A DNA stretch of 64,000 bases from Eledone cirrhosa (Eukaryota), in the NCBI GenBank assembly GCA_964016885.1, contig OZ024744.1:108190001-108254000 (forward strand), in the 5' to 3' direction. This document shows positions 12,449 to 25,304 of the stretch, piece after piece. A program made the position numbers and the translations under genes. Under the pieces are notes generated by a model. The model saw only the letters and a list, made by a program, of their open reading frames with translations, ran no database searches and had not been told where the DNA came from. Numbering within the stretch: position 1 is the first letter of the stretch; every line of letters begins with the position of its first letter.

Positions 12449-15400
12449 CTACAGGATGGTATACAGAGAAGGCCCATTTACACGAGCCATTCTCGCCACT
12501 ATCACCCACCTTTCATAAAACTGGCTGTGGCCAAGCACCTCTCTCTCCATTCTTATCCTTCTTCCGAAGTGATATCGGAAGAAGTAGACCAGACTATGGC
12601 CAGAGAGGAAGTTGCCTGACCTCAGACCTTTCAATCGTGTCCACCAAACAACCTCTTTCATCATGGCTATTACGCACAGAAAAACCGCCTTTGCTTCCTT
12701 TGTGAAGAGGGGAGGCGGTTTGATTGTCATCACGGACTCGGCGGTCAATTTAATCGGCGCCACCCGCGACAGCAGTCGTTCGGCGTAGCCCCACAGATCA
12801 TCCACGCCCGGACATTGCACCAATGCATGCGCAACGGTTTCTTCGTGACGCACGCATCTAGGGCAAATCTTTTTCGAGGGATCCCTGCCTGGGCGCCCGT
12901 GTCTGTAGAGCTTTTCTCGAACGGGTAGAGCCCCCCGGTAGCACTGCCAGGCCAGTGACTTCTGGAAGTTGTCCATTGGTCCCGGGCCGAAAGTCCTACC
13001 GAACAGGTTGGCCAGTTCGTCCTCTTCCATGTCCAGCGACTCTCCAAGGGTGTCATCGCCCCTGCTAGACACCAGCCCTCTATAGAATGACGAGGTGGAT
13101 TCTCCACCGATCGCCGGGTCCGCTTGCCAGATAGCCCTGAGCGCCTGGGCACATTCAGTGTGCCAGTCGTCCAGTTTTCCGGATCTTTGCTTGACCCAGG
13201 ATTGCAGCTCGGTGAGCGAGACGAGTCTCGGAAAGGCTCGTCTCACGAACGGAGCCCACACCGGTTGACCAGTGAGGAATACCTGTAGGTGCCGTAGCCT
13301 TAATGCGTGCCTACGCATCATCAACCACGGCATCCCCAGCCCTCCTTTCGAAGGTTGTTGGCAGCAGATGGATCTTCTCACCATAGGAGGGCGCTTCTTC
13401 CAAAGAAATTGAATGAGCATGCGTTCCATGGTGGTAAGTGTTTCCTTAGGGCAAGGCACGACAATCAGGCGGTAGTAAGTGACGGACGCTATGTAAATGT
13501 TCGCCACCTCCGCCCGACCTTTTAGGGACAGCTTACCCTTGGCCCATTTCTGGGTTAGTGCAAACACATTGTTCGTAACCTCGCCCCAGTTCTTTTCCAC
13601 CTGGAGGTCCGGTCCAAACCAGACCCCAAGCAACTTCACCGGGCCCTCCGTCCAGTGTCCGATGGCACCGTCGGGAGGCATCGGTCTGCCTCTCCACGTT
13701 CCGAGTTGCAGCCCGATGGATTTTTCCCGGTTCAGTTTCGCTCCTGACAACCTTTCGTATTCCTCCAGTAAGGTACCGATCGCCTCGATCTCCGAGTCGG
13801 TCGATACCATTACTGTTACGTCATCGGCGTAGGCCGACACCGCTTTGCTCAATCCTGGTTCCAGGGGGATCCCTGCAACAACTCCAACTTCCTCAGTAAA
13901 GGCTCGAGAGTCAATACGTACAGAAGGGAGGAGAGAGGGCACCCCTGTCGAATGGATCGTGTGATTTCGAACGGCTTCGAAAGGTAGCCGTTCACCTTGA
14001 TCCTAGAACAGATGTGGTTGTTATGTAAGGCAGTGATCCAGCCTCTGAAAACAGGACTGAACGCAGCCGCCGCTAGCACCGCATCCAGGTAACCATGGTC
14101 GACCCTATCGAACGCCTTAGACTGATCCAAGTTGATCAGGGCCCCACCGAAGCCGGGTTTGTTGCCAACACTCTCTATGATGTATCGCATGAGGTGGAGG
14201 TTGTCGTGAATGGACCTGGATGGGATAGCACATGTCTGCGCATCTCCCACCAGGCCACCCACGACAAGCGCCAACCTCTTTGCTAACACCTTGGCCAAAA
14301 TCTTTAACTCTGTGTTTAGCAGGGTTATGGGCCGAAAATTATTTATACTATCCCCCTTGTTCTCGTCCTTCCTCACCAGCGAGACTACGCCTTTGGCTAC
14401 AGAACAAGGAATTCTCCCGTTCTGCTGCCAATTGCAGTAGACTGTTTCGAGGAGTTCGGAGAAGAAGACCGGCATTTCTAAATAAAGTTCGTAAGGTATA
14501 CCATCGAGACCTGGAGATTTGCGTCTGCTGCATTGGCTCAGCGCATCCCCGATCTCATCAGCCGAGATTGGTCCCTCGCAGGACTCTGCCTCTTCGCTCG
14601 AGAGACGCGGCAGGTATGGACCGAAATCCACGTCCCCGCCCGGACCCTCGCCTCCCCCGAACAATCGGGCAAAGTGCCTTTGAAAGGCCTCGCACATCTG
14701 CTTAGGCTCCTGGATCACCCGTCCATCCTCGTCTTGCAAAGACCGGATGGTGGATCGATTTCCACTCTTAGCTTCTGTCACGCGGGCCCAGCCAACGGCT
14801 TTGGCCCCCTCATTACCTAGAGCACGTATTTTACTTCGAATGACGCAGCCTTCGTGCTTTGCATCGAAAAACTGGCTCAAGGCCGTCATCGATGCCAGTA
14901 CTCTGGCCACATCTTCGCTCTTGATTGCCTCTTCTAATTTACCTGTTAATTATTTCTCGTTCCTATTCCTACCGGCAGCTAACATCTTGCTATAACTTAT
15001 TGATTCTGTTCTAATCTCTCTTTTGAGAGATGCCCACCATCGGTTGTTGACGATTGCACCCGTCAACCTCTCATTAACTAATCTGCTAATCCGGTTTCTG
15101 TAAGCCTCTTTTGCCGGTAAAGACAAATTAAGTTTCCAGTAACCGGGACCCTGTCTATGTGTTTTCTCGAGATTGACTACGCAGGTCACTAATTTGTGAT
15201 ATGTATAGTCAACCGTGAGCATTTCTGGACAGCTTAATATGTCCCTATCCTTACTTCAAACTAAGAATCTATCTAAGTACGCTCTATATTGACCACTGTG
15301 GTTCGTCCAAGTCCAGGTTGGCACAGTTGGAAAATCTAGTCGATATCTATCGACCAAGTTAAAACGGTCGAGTAGCCCCTTAAGGCTGTTACACCCCCTC

Positions 15401-15875
15401 TATTAGGACATGCTCCTGCATAGTCCCAACGTGCATCTAGGATGTCATTCCAATCCCCCACTAGAAGCAGGGAACGCGACGTTCCCAGAAAAGTCTCCAG
15501 ACGCTGGAAGAAGTCGGGTCGTTCAGCTCCGAAAGGGGAGTAGACGGCGACCAGTCTCAAGGCCGGACCTCCACTACTGCCAACGTCTAGCACCAACAAA
15601 TGACCTTCCGGGTCCGAGTGAACAACCTGTACGGCGAGACCCAGGTGTTTTTCCAGCAGTACGACAACCCCACTCCCACCTCCAGGTTGACAGAGAGATG
15701 CATGCACCTCAAAGTCATCAAAGGTAGGGGCCAGCTGCCGCACGACGCTGATCCGAGTCTCACAGATAACCATTACATTTATACCACGTGACCTGAGGTC
15801 ATTTAGAAGCTTTGCTTGCTTCCAAGTTGAGCCCAGGCCACGTGCATTCAAACATCCTACTCTTAACACATCCAT
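12449..15875 (-). pseudogene. Tx1-like ORF2 (APE endonuclease-RT-zf), disrupted
   Basis: ORF pieces 15336-15875, 14950-15222, 13849-14910, 12449-13942 in colinear domain order. Confidence 0.9.
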
Positions 15876-15999
15876 GTGGGCGGCAAAGCCAAAGGAGAAT
15901 GTAGAGACCTACCTTTCTGCTTCCCGGGGTTCGGGTCGCACGACTTCCATGGGGTCGGGGCTGTTGGGTGAAGGGGTGTCTTTTGGTGGTGTGGGGTCG

Positions 16000-17690
16000 T
16001 CAGTGTGTGGTGGGGTTGGGGTGTTCGGAGTTGTGTTGGGGAGGGGGAAAGCTTTTTAGTAGGACGCTTAAAAGCTTTGCTTGCTCCTTAAAATCCTTTT
16101 TTAGTTTTTGGTAGAGGTTCATTGGGATCTTTATTAATTTTAAATGTGGGTAGTTTTCTGAAGAAACAAAGTTTACACCTTCGGTTTGTACCGAAGGGTT
16201 ATTGTTTATGAGTTCATTTAATTTATTATTGTTTCTGTTGATGTAAGTATAGTGTAATGTCTTTTTTTCGGATGGTGTAAGTGTTTCGAAGAGGAGAGGG
16301 GCAGGTTTGGTTTTGTTTGTTGCTGGAGGGGTGTTTTGTGTTTTGTTGGATTGTGTTGACATTTGGGTAGGGGTTGTTTGGCCTTGTGTGTTTTGCACAT
16401 GTTTTCTTTTTTTCCTTTTAATCTGTCTGAAGGACTCCGTTTCTTCCTCCGAATTCGTTGGGTTATCTTCGGTGTTGGAGGGAAGAGGTATGTTTGCTGG
16501 TAATGTTTCCGTGTTGGTTTTCTTTGTGGGGGAGATGGATGTCACTATGTTAGACTGTGTTGTGTGTTGTGGCTGCGGTGGTTGTGTTGTTTTATTGAGT
16601 GAGTTGTTGGGTGGGACTGTGTTTTGTTTTTGGGTAATGTGTTGTGACTGTTTGTGTTGTGTTGGTGGTGTAGTTTTACTGAGGGACGGGTTGGGTGGGA
16701 CTCAGTTTTGTTGTTTGTTTATCTGTTGTGGTGGTGGTGGAGCTGGTGTTGGTAGCAGGGTTTTCTTCTTGTTGAGTTGGGGACAAGCCGCCTTCAGGTG
16801 CCCTCTGCCTGCACATATATGACAGGACGGCCTTCTCCCCTCCACGCTAATGTTTATATACCCGTGGCCCTCTAATAGGATTCTGTCGGGTATTTGGGCA
16901 ATGCGTTCAGGCTTCATTTGTACTACAAGTTCTATACCTGTTCCACTGAACGCATTGCCTGTGGTTTTTCCAATGGAAATCACGTTGTCATTCGCTGGAT
17001 CGATGAAGCCAGCTATGAGCCAGCAGTAGTCCACATCTGGCATTATCGCGTCCAGCCATATGCGCTGAGTTCTTTTACACATATAAGATGGATAAAAGGT
17101 AAAATTTGTCGAACGAATCGGCGACTAAGCACATTTTTTTGCCGCCGATTCGTTCTTCATAATAATCGCTAGGCTTCCATACAGTCTGTCTCTTCTTATG
17201 AAAGTGGTTACATTAAGTACTTCTTTAAGTACTGCTTTGATTTCTGTTTGTGTTGGCTGTTGAGGTTTTTTAGAAATGTTGTTGATGGTGCGGAAAACGA
17301 CCGTCCGACTTTCAATGTCTTTGGTGAGTTCTTGAGGCATTTTTACCGATAAAATACCATTTTCCCCTTGAGTTATGTATTGTTTGGCGTCTGTAATTCT
17401 TTGTGCCACATCTGAAATATTTTCAGGTATATATGTCAAAGATTTCTTTGTTGTTTGTGCAAATGAAATATTATTGGTGTTGACTTTGTCGTCTGCTTTG
17501 CTTTCTGTTATGATGTTTTCAAATGTTATTTTTGTGTTTGTTGTGTCTTTGTTTGTGGTATTAATATTGTCATGCAATTTTTCAAATTTTTTTTTGTTGT
17601 TGTTGGAATCAATGTCCAGATTTGTGTTTTCGTCATTTTTCTCCGCAGATTCGTCTGTTTTTATTTTATTTTTTCTTTCCTTCTCTATGA
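16000..17690 (-). pseudogene. Tx1-like ORF1 (gag-like, zinc knuckle), disrupted
   Basis: ORF pieces 17125-17577, 16702-17082 (EGRRPSCHICAGRGHLKAACP) and 16000-16545 (T/N/P-rich). Confidence 0.8.
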
Positions 17691-18103
17691 CGTTAGTTGG
17701 GAAAGAAAGGGGGGGGGGACTAAAGCGTGCGAGCTTACAACTCTTTCCGCTGTCCCCTCACCACTATTTTCGTTAGCTTCGTTTAACATTTCTGTCAGAC
17801 GATTGAAATTTTTTATGCCACAAAATTTTAAAAACAGGTTTTTCACCCCTGGGAGGGTGCAAAGATGAGCTGATTCACTGCCTGACAGTTCAGCTACACA
17901 ATAGTATCAAAATTAAAATTGAACTTACAAAATTTCCGCAATAAATTTGAACAAAACTTCTGCGCGAAGTGAATTACATCTACGCTGTAGAACAGACGAC
18001 AGCTAGATCATTATAATCAGATAGATAGAGAGAGAGAGAGAGAGAATGGCGACGAACGCTGGTTCTCACACACACACACACAAACACATATATATATAAA
18101 GAC

Positions 18104-18134
<31 letters not shown>

Positions 18135-18277
18135 AAGGGGGGGAGAGAGAGATCTGCGCGTTCTTTATTGTTCTCCATTCTGTAGAGGAAGAGAGAGAGA
18201 GGGAGTATGAGTGAGAGAGAGAGAGAAAGAGAGAGAGAGGGTATGAGAAAAAAGGGAGAGGGTTGAGAAAGAAAGAA

Positions 18278-18455
18278 AGTTTAAGCAAAGAATTTCAACA
18301 TTAACGGGATCTTAAACTAAAAAATTCAATCTGTGAACGCAGAATTAAATATTTCGAGAAACGTTGCAACCGAAGGAAAACAGGAAGACAATATTTTGGT
18401 TCGTGAAGACGTTCCCTGGTAATGAACGAAAAAAAAACGAGGATAATACATCGTT
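18278..18455. repeat. Unclassified dispersed repeat (diverged inverted copy at about 55636-55820)
   Basis: aaagtttaagcaaagaat..ttaacgggatctt..aatctgt.aacgcagaa..cgttgcaaccg..caggaagac..ttggttcgtg shared in opposite orientation. Confidence 0.7.
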
Positions 18456-18594
18456 ATGTGGAGCTTAGAGAACAATTTCATGCAAAGACGAGACCAAGTT
18501 TATGGTATAAGTGGAGTCGAATGATTTCCAGCCCCGGAGTTTAAGAATGATGTAAATAAAATTGTAAACGAAAATGACAGAGGTTATTAAAATA

Positions 18595-18710
18595 GTTGTT
18601 TCTAATTTTGGCAAAACGCCAGAAATTTTCCAGTACATTACTGGTACTTTATTTTATCACCCCCGTAAGGATGAAAGGCAAAGTTAACCTCGACGGGATT
18701 TGAACTTTGC
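18595..18710 (-). mobile_element. Truncated tRNA-derived SINE
   Basis: actggtactttattttatc.cccc gtaaggatgaaaggcaaagtt is the reverse complement of the SINE body. Confidence 0.8.
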
Positions 18711-18849
18711 CTTAAAATAGTAAAAGTAAATAGTGAAGATTTAGGTCAGTACATACGTATGCGCCGACAGACATACACATACATATACATACGCACACAC
18801 AAATACATACACACACACAAACACACACACACGCGTGCGTGCGCGCGTG

Positions 18850-19641
18850 TGTGTAAACCTTATGCATTTCTACAGTATTTTCACCAAACTTAAGACAGGT
18901 TACTTATGTACTCCGGATGGTCATGGGCACTTTCATTTGTCCAGATATTGATTATAGGGCCTCCCGGCGGATAACGCCCTTCAACCACTTCCTTGGAGTC
19001 GACTGAAGCACTGCAGTGCAATGCAACAAAACGTCATAACTTCTGGAGTTCGCAACCGATTTTCACAAAACTTGACACATGGGCTACGTTTGTTCTACAG
19101 ATGAATGTGAAAGGAACTTAACATTGTAACTTTAACACAGCTACTGAGCAGCCTCGAGCAACGCCGGGCTTTACTGTTATAGGCGATAAAGTTGTGCAGA
19201 CAGACAGTCGTGCAGAGAGGTGATACAGGCGATAAAGTTGTGCAGACAGAGTCGTGCAGAGAGGTGATAGGCGATAAAATTTCATTTTTTTTTTGTTTTT
19301 CATGTCCATCCAATTTCTTTGTTTCAAAATAACTGATAGTTTGGTTACGCTGATGTTTTTCTCTGAGACTAGTGTTGCAGTGTTTACATTTTCGATTTTT
19401 GTTAATAGATTACCAGTGCAGTTTTTATCCCCAACATCCTCTTTTGTTTTAACACTCGGGTTATGGTTATGTTTTCTTAACTTCATACGGCATACTGTTG
19501 GTTGAGGGAATATTAATCAAAAGTACCACATGAAAGTCTACACTGTAGACTCTACAGTTTTTAAGCCAAGAAAGGAACTTAACATTGTAGCTTTAACATA
19601 GCTACTGAGCAGCCCCGAGCAACGCCGGGCTTTACTGCTAG
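18850..19641 (+). mobile_element. Non-autonomous Helitron with duplicated 3' terminus
   Basis: ccccgagcaacgccgggctttactgCTAG-t before (TA)n; earlier copy of the terminus at about 19110-19175; short tandem repeats 19180-19280. Confidence 0.7.
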
Positions 19642-19773
19642 TATATATATATAAGTAATGTACGTCAATACTCATCTTTTTCCATTTCTCCGAGGGTTCT
19701 TAACCCCACTATCAGGCTAAATAATTTCTTTAATTTCTTTAGTCAAAATACGGCGATAGCTTACATTTCTAAT

Positions 19774-19819
<46 letters not shown>

Positions 19820-19823
<4 letters not shown>

Positions 19824-20068
19824 AAAAAAGATGAAATCGAAAATGCAACTGGAGTCTTATTTTAAAATATATATATATATTTATTTGGTTCCTTTACTGG
19901 TTTCGCAGTTCTTCTGCTTTTCAAAAGTAGGGTTGAGATGGAGGGTCTGTAAAAAACCAGACCCTCCATCTCAACTCTATTTTTGAAAAGCAGAAGAACT
20001 GCGAAACCGGTAAAGGAACCAAATAAATATATATATAGTTGTATTTTCGATTTCATCTTTTTTCCTTA
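19820..20068. repeat. (TA)n-anchored fold-back palindrome with a U3-A8 variant hammerhead in each arm
   Basis: Arms around loop taaaaaac; (c/t)tt-TTGAAAA-gcag aagaa ctgc-GAAA-cc(a/g)g-TA-aag at 19892-19927(-) and 19980-20015(+). Confidence 0.7.
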
Positions 20069-20194
20069 TACTTTCACTCGTGTAGGACACCTCGGTTATT
20101 TTTCATTTTGTAAAAAAGCCTCACTTTCTAATATATATATATATATATATTTATATAAATATATATATAAATTATATATATGTATATATATATA

Positions 20195-20286
<92 letters not shown>

Positions 20287-20722
20287 TATATATATATTTT
20301 ATATATACACCCACACACACACACCCACACACACGCAAACGTATCCACTCCATACACACAGATGCACATACATACATAGACTCAAAAAGACGTGCGCACA
20401 AATACATATATACACGCGTGCAAGATACGTTTCATTTGATGTTTTACCTTCCTAAAATATATTCCTAAGTAAATAAATAAATGAATGAAATAAAAAAAGA
20501 ACGAAATAAATAAATAAATAAATAGATAAATAAATAAATAAATAAATAAATAAAGAGCTCGCACCCTGCCTACAACTATAAAAACGGAACAAAGGAAAGC
20601 AAAGATGCCATTACACACTCCATTCGTAGAAAATCTCACTTTAACTGCTGAAGTATCTGTTACTAGAATGACATTTAAACCAACGAACGTTTCTCTAATT
20701 GAAAATATTTGCGTGTGTGTGC

Positions 20723-20869
<147 letters not shown>

Positions 20870-21029
20870 CGTGTGTGCGTGTGTGTGTGCGTGTGTGCGC
20901 CCGTGTGTGTATGTATGTGTACGTTTGTACTTTCCCCAGACATCAGTATTTAGCTTAACGCAATCTTATAACTGCCAATCTGATAACCAGGTAAGTTCGC
21001 ATTATATGCAAATGAGCACATCCAGAAGA

Positions 21030-21990
21030 TGTTTTCTATTTCTGTTTTAGACACAGAACTGTGGATGGAAACTAAGAAAGATAAAGCCCAAATTCTCCAC
21101 TCACATTATAGCAAACCCATGGCCTCCAAGTACTTGATCCACTGGAACTCAGCTATTTCAAACAGTGCTAAGTTCAATATCTTGATAGCGGACTTGTTAA
21201 GGGTGATGAGAACTGTGTCCCACATGTGCGATCCCACAGAGTTAAAGAGATACATACAACACTTCATCCACCACATGCAGTTCCCTCGTTATAACCAGAG
21301 ACAGGATCACGGTGTACGAAAGATCCATGGCTAAATTCAAAACCATTATGGAGAATGATATGACTGGATTTACCCACTATACAGGAGAAAATCATGGAAG
21401 AGTATAGAAAGGACTAAGAAGAAGATAAGGAAGGCCAACTCTTGGCATGACAGCCAGAAATACCAGTGTCACATTTGTTGATTCAACCCCTAGAGGCAAA
21501 CTAGCGTATCGTTTTGGAAGAGTTTTAGACAAAATGAATTTTAGGATTAAAGTTGTAAAAAACCCAGGAGCAACCATAAAATCCTGGATCAGTAGGACAT
21601 ACCCCTTTAGGAAACGTCCTGTACTGATAGAAACTGTACAGTCTGTAAGATAAGCCTTCAGATAAACTGTATAATAAAAAATATAGTCTATAGGATAAAA
21701 TGTACAGAGGGACGGTGTAGAAACAAGATGACGTACATAGGAAAGACAACCTGTAGCATAGGAGAGAGATTAAAGGAATACTGGCGAGAACTTAAGAAGG
21801 AGAAAAGCTCATAAGTGTTGTACCAACATGCCAAACTAGAACATGAAGGCTCAATAGATAACATAGAAATAAATATCTTAACAACACATAGAACTGACAT
21901 AACACTCAGATAAACTACGGAGGCCTCTCATATTATAGAAGATAGTCCTAACCTAAACAGAAAACATGAGTGGAAGAGTAACAGCCCACA
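21030..21990 (+). pseudogene. Decayed Penelope-like element (RT C-terminal region plus GIY-YIG)
   Basis: HYSKPMASKYLIHWNSA..K motif, FVDSTPRGKLA, then TYIGKTTCSIGERLKEY and a P.LN tail, with stops and frameshifts. Confidence 0.65.
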
Positions 21991-22333
21991 ACTTAACGAC
22001 TAAAGACAGAATAGGAAAAAAAGACATAACACATCGAAAGATATAAACACACATAGACATGACAAACACAAAGACACACGCAGGCGCAAATGCATGCACA
22101 GAGAGGAATAACCAAAAACGCATCCATTTTTGTAATGGCGTGGGTCTTTGGTTGGTTTAACGGAAGACGGGAATACAGTTGAAGGAAGATACATGATCTA
22201 GCTCATCTTTAATCCGTACCGTGGGGTATCCTGAGGTCGTGTATAGGTCTATGTCGGGCATTGGTTTGAGACTGGCTTTCATTTTCTGGATGCATTTTGA
22301 TATCAGAGCAATCGACGGTCTTTGTTGCATATA

Positions 22334-22813
22334 TCTCTCTCTATATACAACATTCTTTGTCTGTCTGTCTGTCTTTTTCTTATGCACTCCAAAACTGCTC
22401 GACCAAATCAAATCAAATTTTACAAGGTAATAATAGTATTAGACCCCAGGAGTGACAACATATAATTTTTATTTTCATTAGAATTAAACCAATATAACAC
22501 TTTATCTAAAATACCCTATTATAGTCAATTATAAGTAAACAGATATTTTATAACACAACGACGACGTCACATTTTATATATGAGTGTGTATGTGTCTGTG
22601 AGTGTTTGTGGGTTTTTGTGTGTTCGTTACGTACGTTAGGCCTTAGTAAGTTACATACGCACACATCTTCACGTAAATATTTAATCAGATACAAAGATAA
22701 TTAAACAAATGGTTCGTACGCTGGTTTACATACACACTTACACACACATACATGCGCGCGCACACACACACACACACGCACGCCCCCCCCCCACACACAT
22801 ATACACACACACA

Positions 22814-22848
<35 letters not shown>

Positions 22849-23406
22849 TTATATACATTTATCTATATATCTATGTCTATATCTACATATAATATAAACT
22901 TCCATTATCCTTTTGAGAAACGTGGACCCGCTACTTCTATGCAATGACACACACTTTATAACCAGGAGGATAATGAACCATCTCCTAGAGGTCACTATTC
23001 TTGGAGGCAAGATTCCTCTTTCCCCTCCCCCTACCGAGCTGCCATTCAAATTCTCAAGACTTCAGTTCCCTGTTAGAACCAGTTTTGCTAAGTTCGTATA
23101 TAAAGCTCAGGCTCAGAGTTTCACAGTGTAGAATTGAATACAAGAGAACCACTTTTTAGCCATGGACAGTTATATGTAGGTTGTTCACAAGTGGAAACAC
23201 CTAGAAGTCTTCATATATTATGCAGGAACAGTAAAACGAAGAATCTGGTGTATCTGGAAGATATTTTTACTGTTTATTTTCTTATAACACACACACCACG
23301 GTCTCGCCTCATACTGTAGACCGTACAAACATCCAATAGTCATTTTCTCTTCTACCTGTCTTAACTTATCATCTGTTTACCTGGGCGAGGCTGGGTACCT
23401 CAGTTA

Positions 23407-23407
<1 letters not shown>
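22334..23407 (+). mobile_element. Non-autonomous Helitron with PIF1 helicase C-terminal remnant
   Basis: LPFKFSRLQFPVRTSFA..KAQAQS, PLFSHGQLYVGCSQV; 3' hairpin cctgggcgaggctgggt then TTAG-t into (TA)n. Confidence 0.8.
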
Positions 23408-23447
<40 letters not shown>

Positions 23448-23451
<4 letters not shown>

Positions 23452-23639
23452 GAAGGAAATGTGGTAAGGAACCAGGTGGACCATAACGCACCAAAGTACT
23501 CAATACTTAGGGTAGTAGAGTGGGTAATAGGAACGAGTAGGACCCCGACGGCTGAGCTCAAGCCGTTTCGATGGCTAATTCTGAGTCCAGAATTAGCCGT
23601 CGAAACGGCTTGAGCTCAGCCGTCGGGGTCCTACTCGTT

Positions 23640-23642
<3 letters not shown>
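23448..23642. repeat. (TA)n-bounded cassette with about 110-bp near-perfect hairpin built from the 3' half of a hammerhead
   Basis: 23528-23642 palindrome around loop agtc; GAAA-cggc..gccg-TC-ggggtcc in the right arm. Confidence 0.75.
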
Positions 23643-23679
<37 letters not shown>

Positions 23680-24020
23680 TTTAAATTGTGTGGTTTACCA
23701 CTGGGTAGAATTGGTCAATCTGCAATGTTAATCATGACTCAATATAAGAAAAGCATTCGACGTTATGCAACTCATCCATCTTTGATGTTGAATCATGCTG
23801 GTGGTGCGGTAACGGAGTAAATATATTATAAAGTGAAACTACAGGAGGCCAAAAATGTTGAATTTCCTTAATTAAAAGGGACAGCGAGGCATTATAACAA
23901 CACACCGCTTCGTTCGTCTCTGGCTCAAAAACATAAACACTTTTTTTCTTGTCTGATTTTTCTTTGCTTGTTTCCTTAAAGTTTACCATCATTCCGTTGG
24001 TATACATCTATTACACAATT

Positions 24021-24080
24021 TACACCTGAAGATGTCACCTGGTTCTTACGCAACATGGCCACTGAAATGTACATAGTGTG
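24021..24080 (+). ncRNA. Type I hammerhead ribozyme
   Basis: tacac-CTGAAGA-[imperfect stem II]-GAAA-tgtaca-TA-gtgtg. Confidence 0.65.
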
Positions 24081-24135
24081 TGCAAAAATAAATAATTAAG
24101 GAAATTCAACGTAGTTGGCCTCCTTTAGTTTCACT

Positions 24136-24176
<41 letters not shown>

Positions 24177-24397
24177 CCAGGTAGCTTACTCTGTTGTTTC
24201 ATTTGATATTTTAGCTCCTAATTAATTTCTGTTTGTTGAGCCTTTTACGTTGAATGGTTATAAGCTGTCATTTCTAGCGGTTTTTTAATCCATCCAAGCC
24301 ACTACGCACTGTGTGGTGCGCGTATTTTCCTTCTCTCTCCACATGCAAAACGTTAGTTATCTAATGTCCATTTAGAAGTGTGAGACATATCTTCGTT

Positions 24398-24477
24398 ACA
24401 CCTGCCGATGAACCCCGAGTCGATATGATTCTTACACTGTTTATGGTGAAACATTCTCTCTCAGTATGTACAGGTGT
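24398..24477 (+). ncRNA. Type I hammerhead ribozyme, CCGAUGA (U4C) variant
   Basis: acacctg-CCGATGA-acc..ggt-GAAA-cat..atg-TA-caggtgt; 7-bp stem I. Confidence 0.6.
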
Positions 24478-24713
24478 TTTATAGATATAAAGGTGGGTTT
24501 ATACATTTTAATTTATCTCTTTAATTATATTATATTTCCCATTCTTTTTGTAGTTTTTATGAACTTCAGTCTAGTGGTCTTCTACCCCCTGTAATTGAAA
24601 ACATATTCTTTCGTGTATTCGCCTCTTTATATTGTATTATGAAGAGCCCGGTACTTATCCCTTGAGTTCATAAAACTACAACGATTAACACGAGTCTTTA
24701 ACCTCGGTGTTTC

Positions 24714-24851
<138 letters not shown>

Positions 24852-25157
24852 ATAAAATATTTTTTCTCGCACATATCCTCCCTTCGTTAATTTTCAAATT
24901 TTTTTTAATTTATACACTATCTTCCAACGGTTTTCAACCTCTCTATGTAAAACAATATATCTCCTCTCAGTTATAAAAACTATCTCTTTCTCTCTATCAC
25001 CCATCTCTCCCTCTCATCTCCTTCCCTTTTCACCCCCCCCTCTCTAAATAAAATATTTTTCCCAATATCACACATCAATCTAAAACCACTTTTCATATGT
25101 TGATTTAAAACTGCACTATCCACAAGTGTTTTTTAGCCTTCATATCATGTTCTCCTG

Positions 25158-25224
25158 TTTTATCTGATGAAAACACAAATATTATTGCATGATGATGTTT
25201 GTTTTTGAAATGCGCATAATAAAA
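25158..25224 (+). ncRNA. Type I hammerhead ribozyme
   Basis: ttttat-CTGATGA-aaac..gttttt-GAAA-tgcgca-TA-ataaaa. Confidence 0.7.
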
Positions 25225-25256
25225 TACATGGAACTCCTTTAACCATCTTTTGATCT

Positions 25257-25298
<42 letters not shown>

Positions 25299-25304
<6 letters not shown>

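Larger units (their letters stand above)
12230..18012 (-). mobile_element. Near full-length Tx1/L1-clade LINE with 17-bp TSD
   Basis: ORF1 with CCHC knuckle (CHICAGRGHLKAAC), APE (GCLNARGL, VGDWN, WKLN), RT (NFRPITLLN, KAFDRV, QGCPLS, YADD), zf-RVT; TSD ataatcagatagataga at 12213-12229 and 18013-18029. Confidence 0.92.

Noticed and set aside
23732-24007. 91-aa ORF in an HHR cassette
   Set aside because: No motif recognised; antisense to the ribozyme; probably chance
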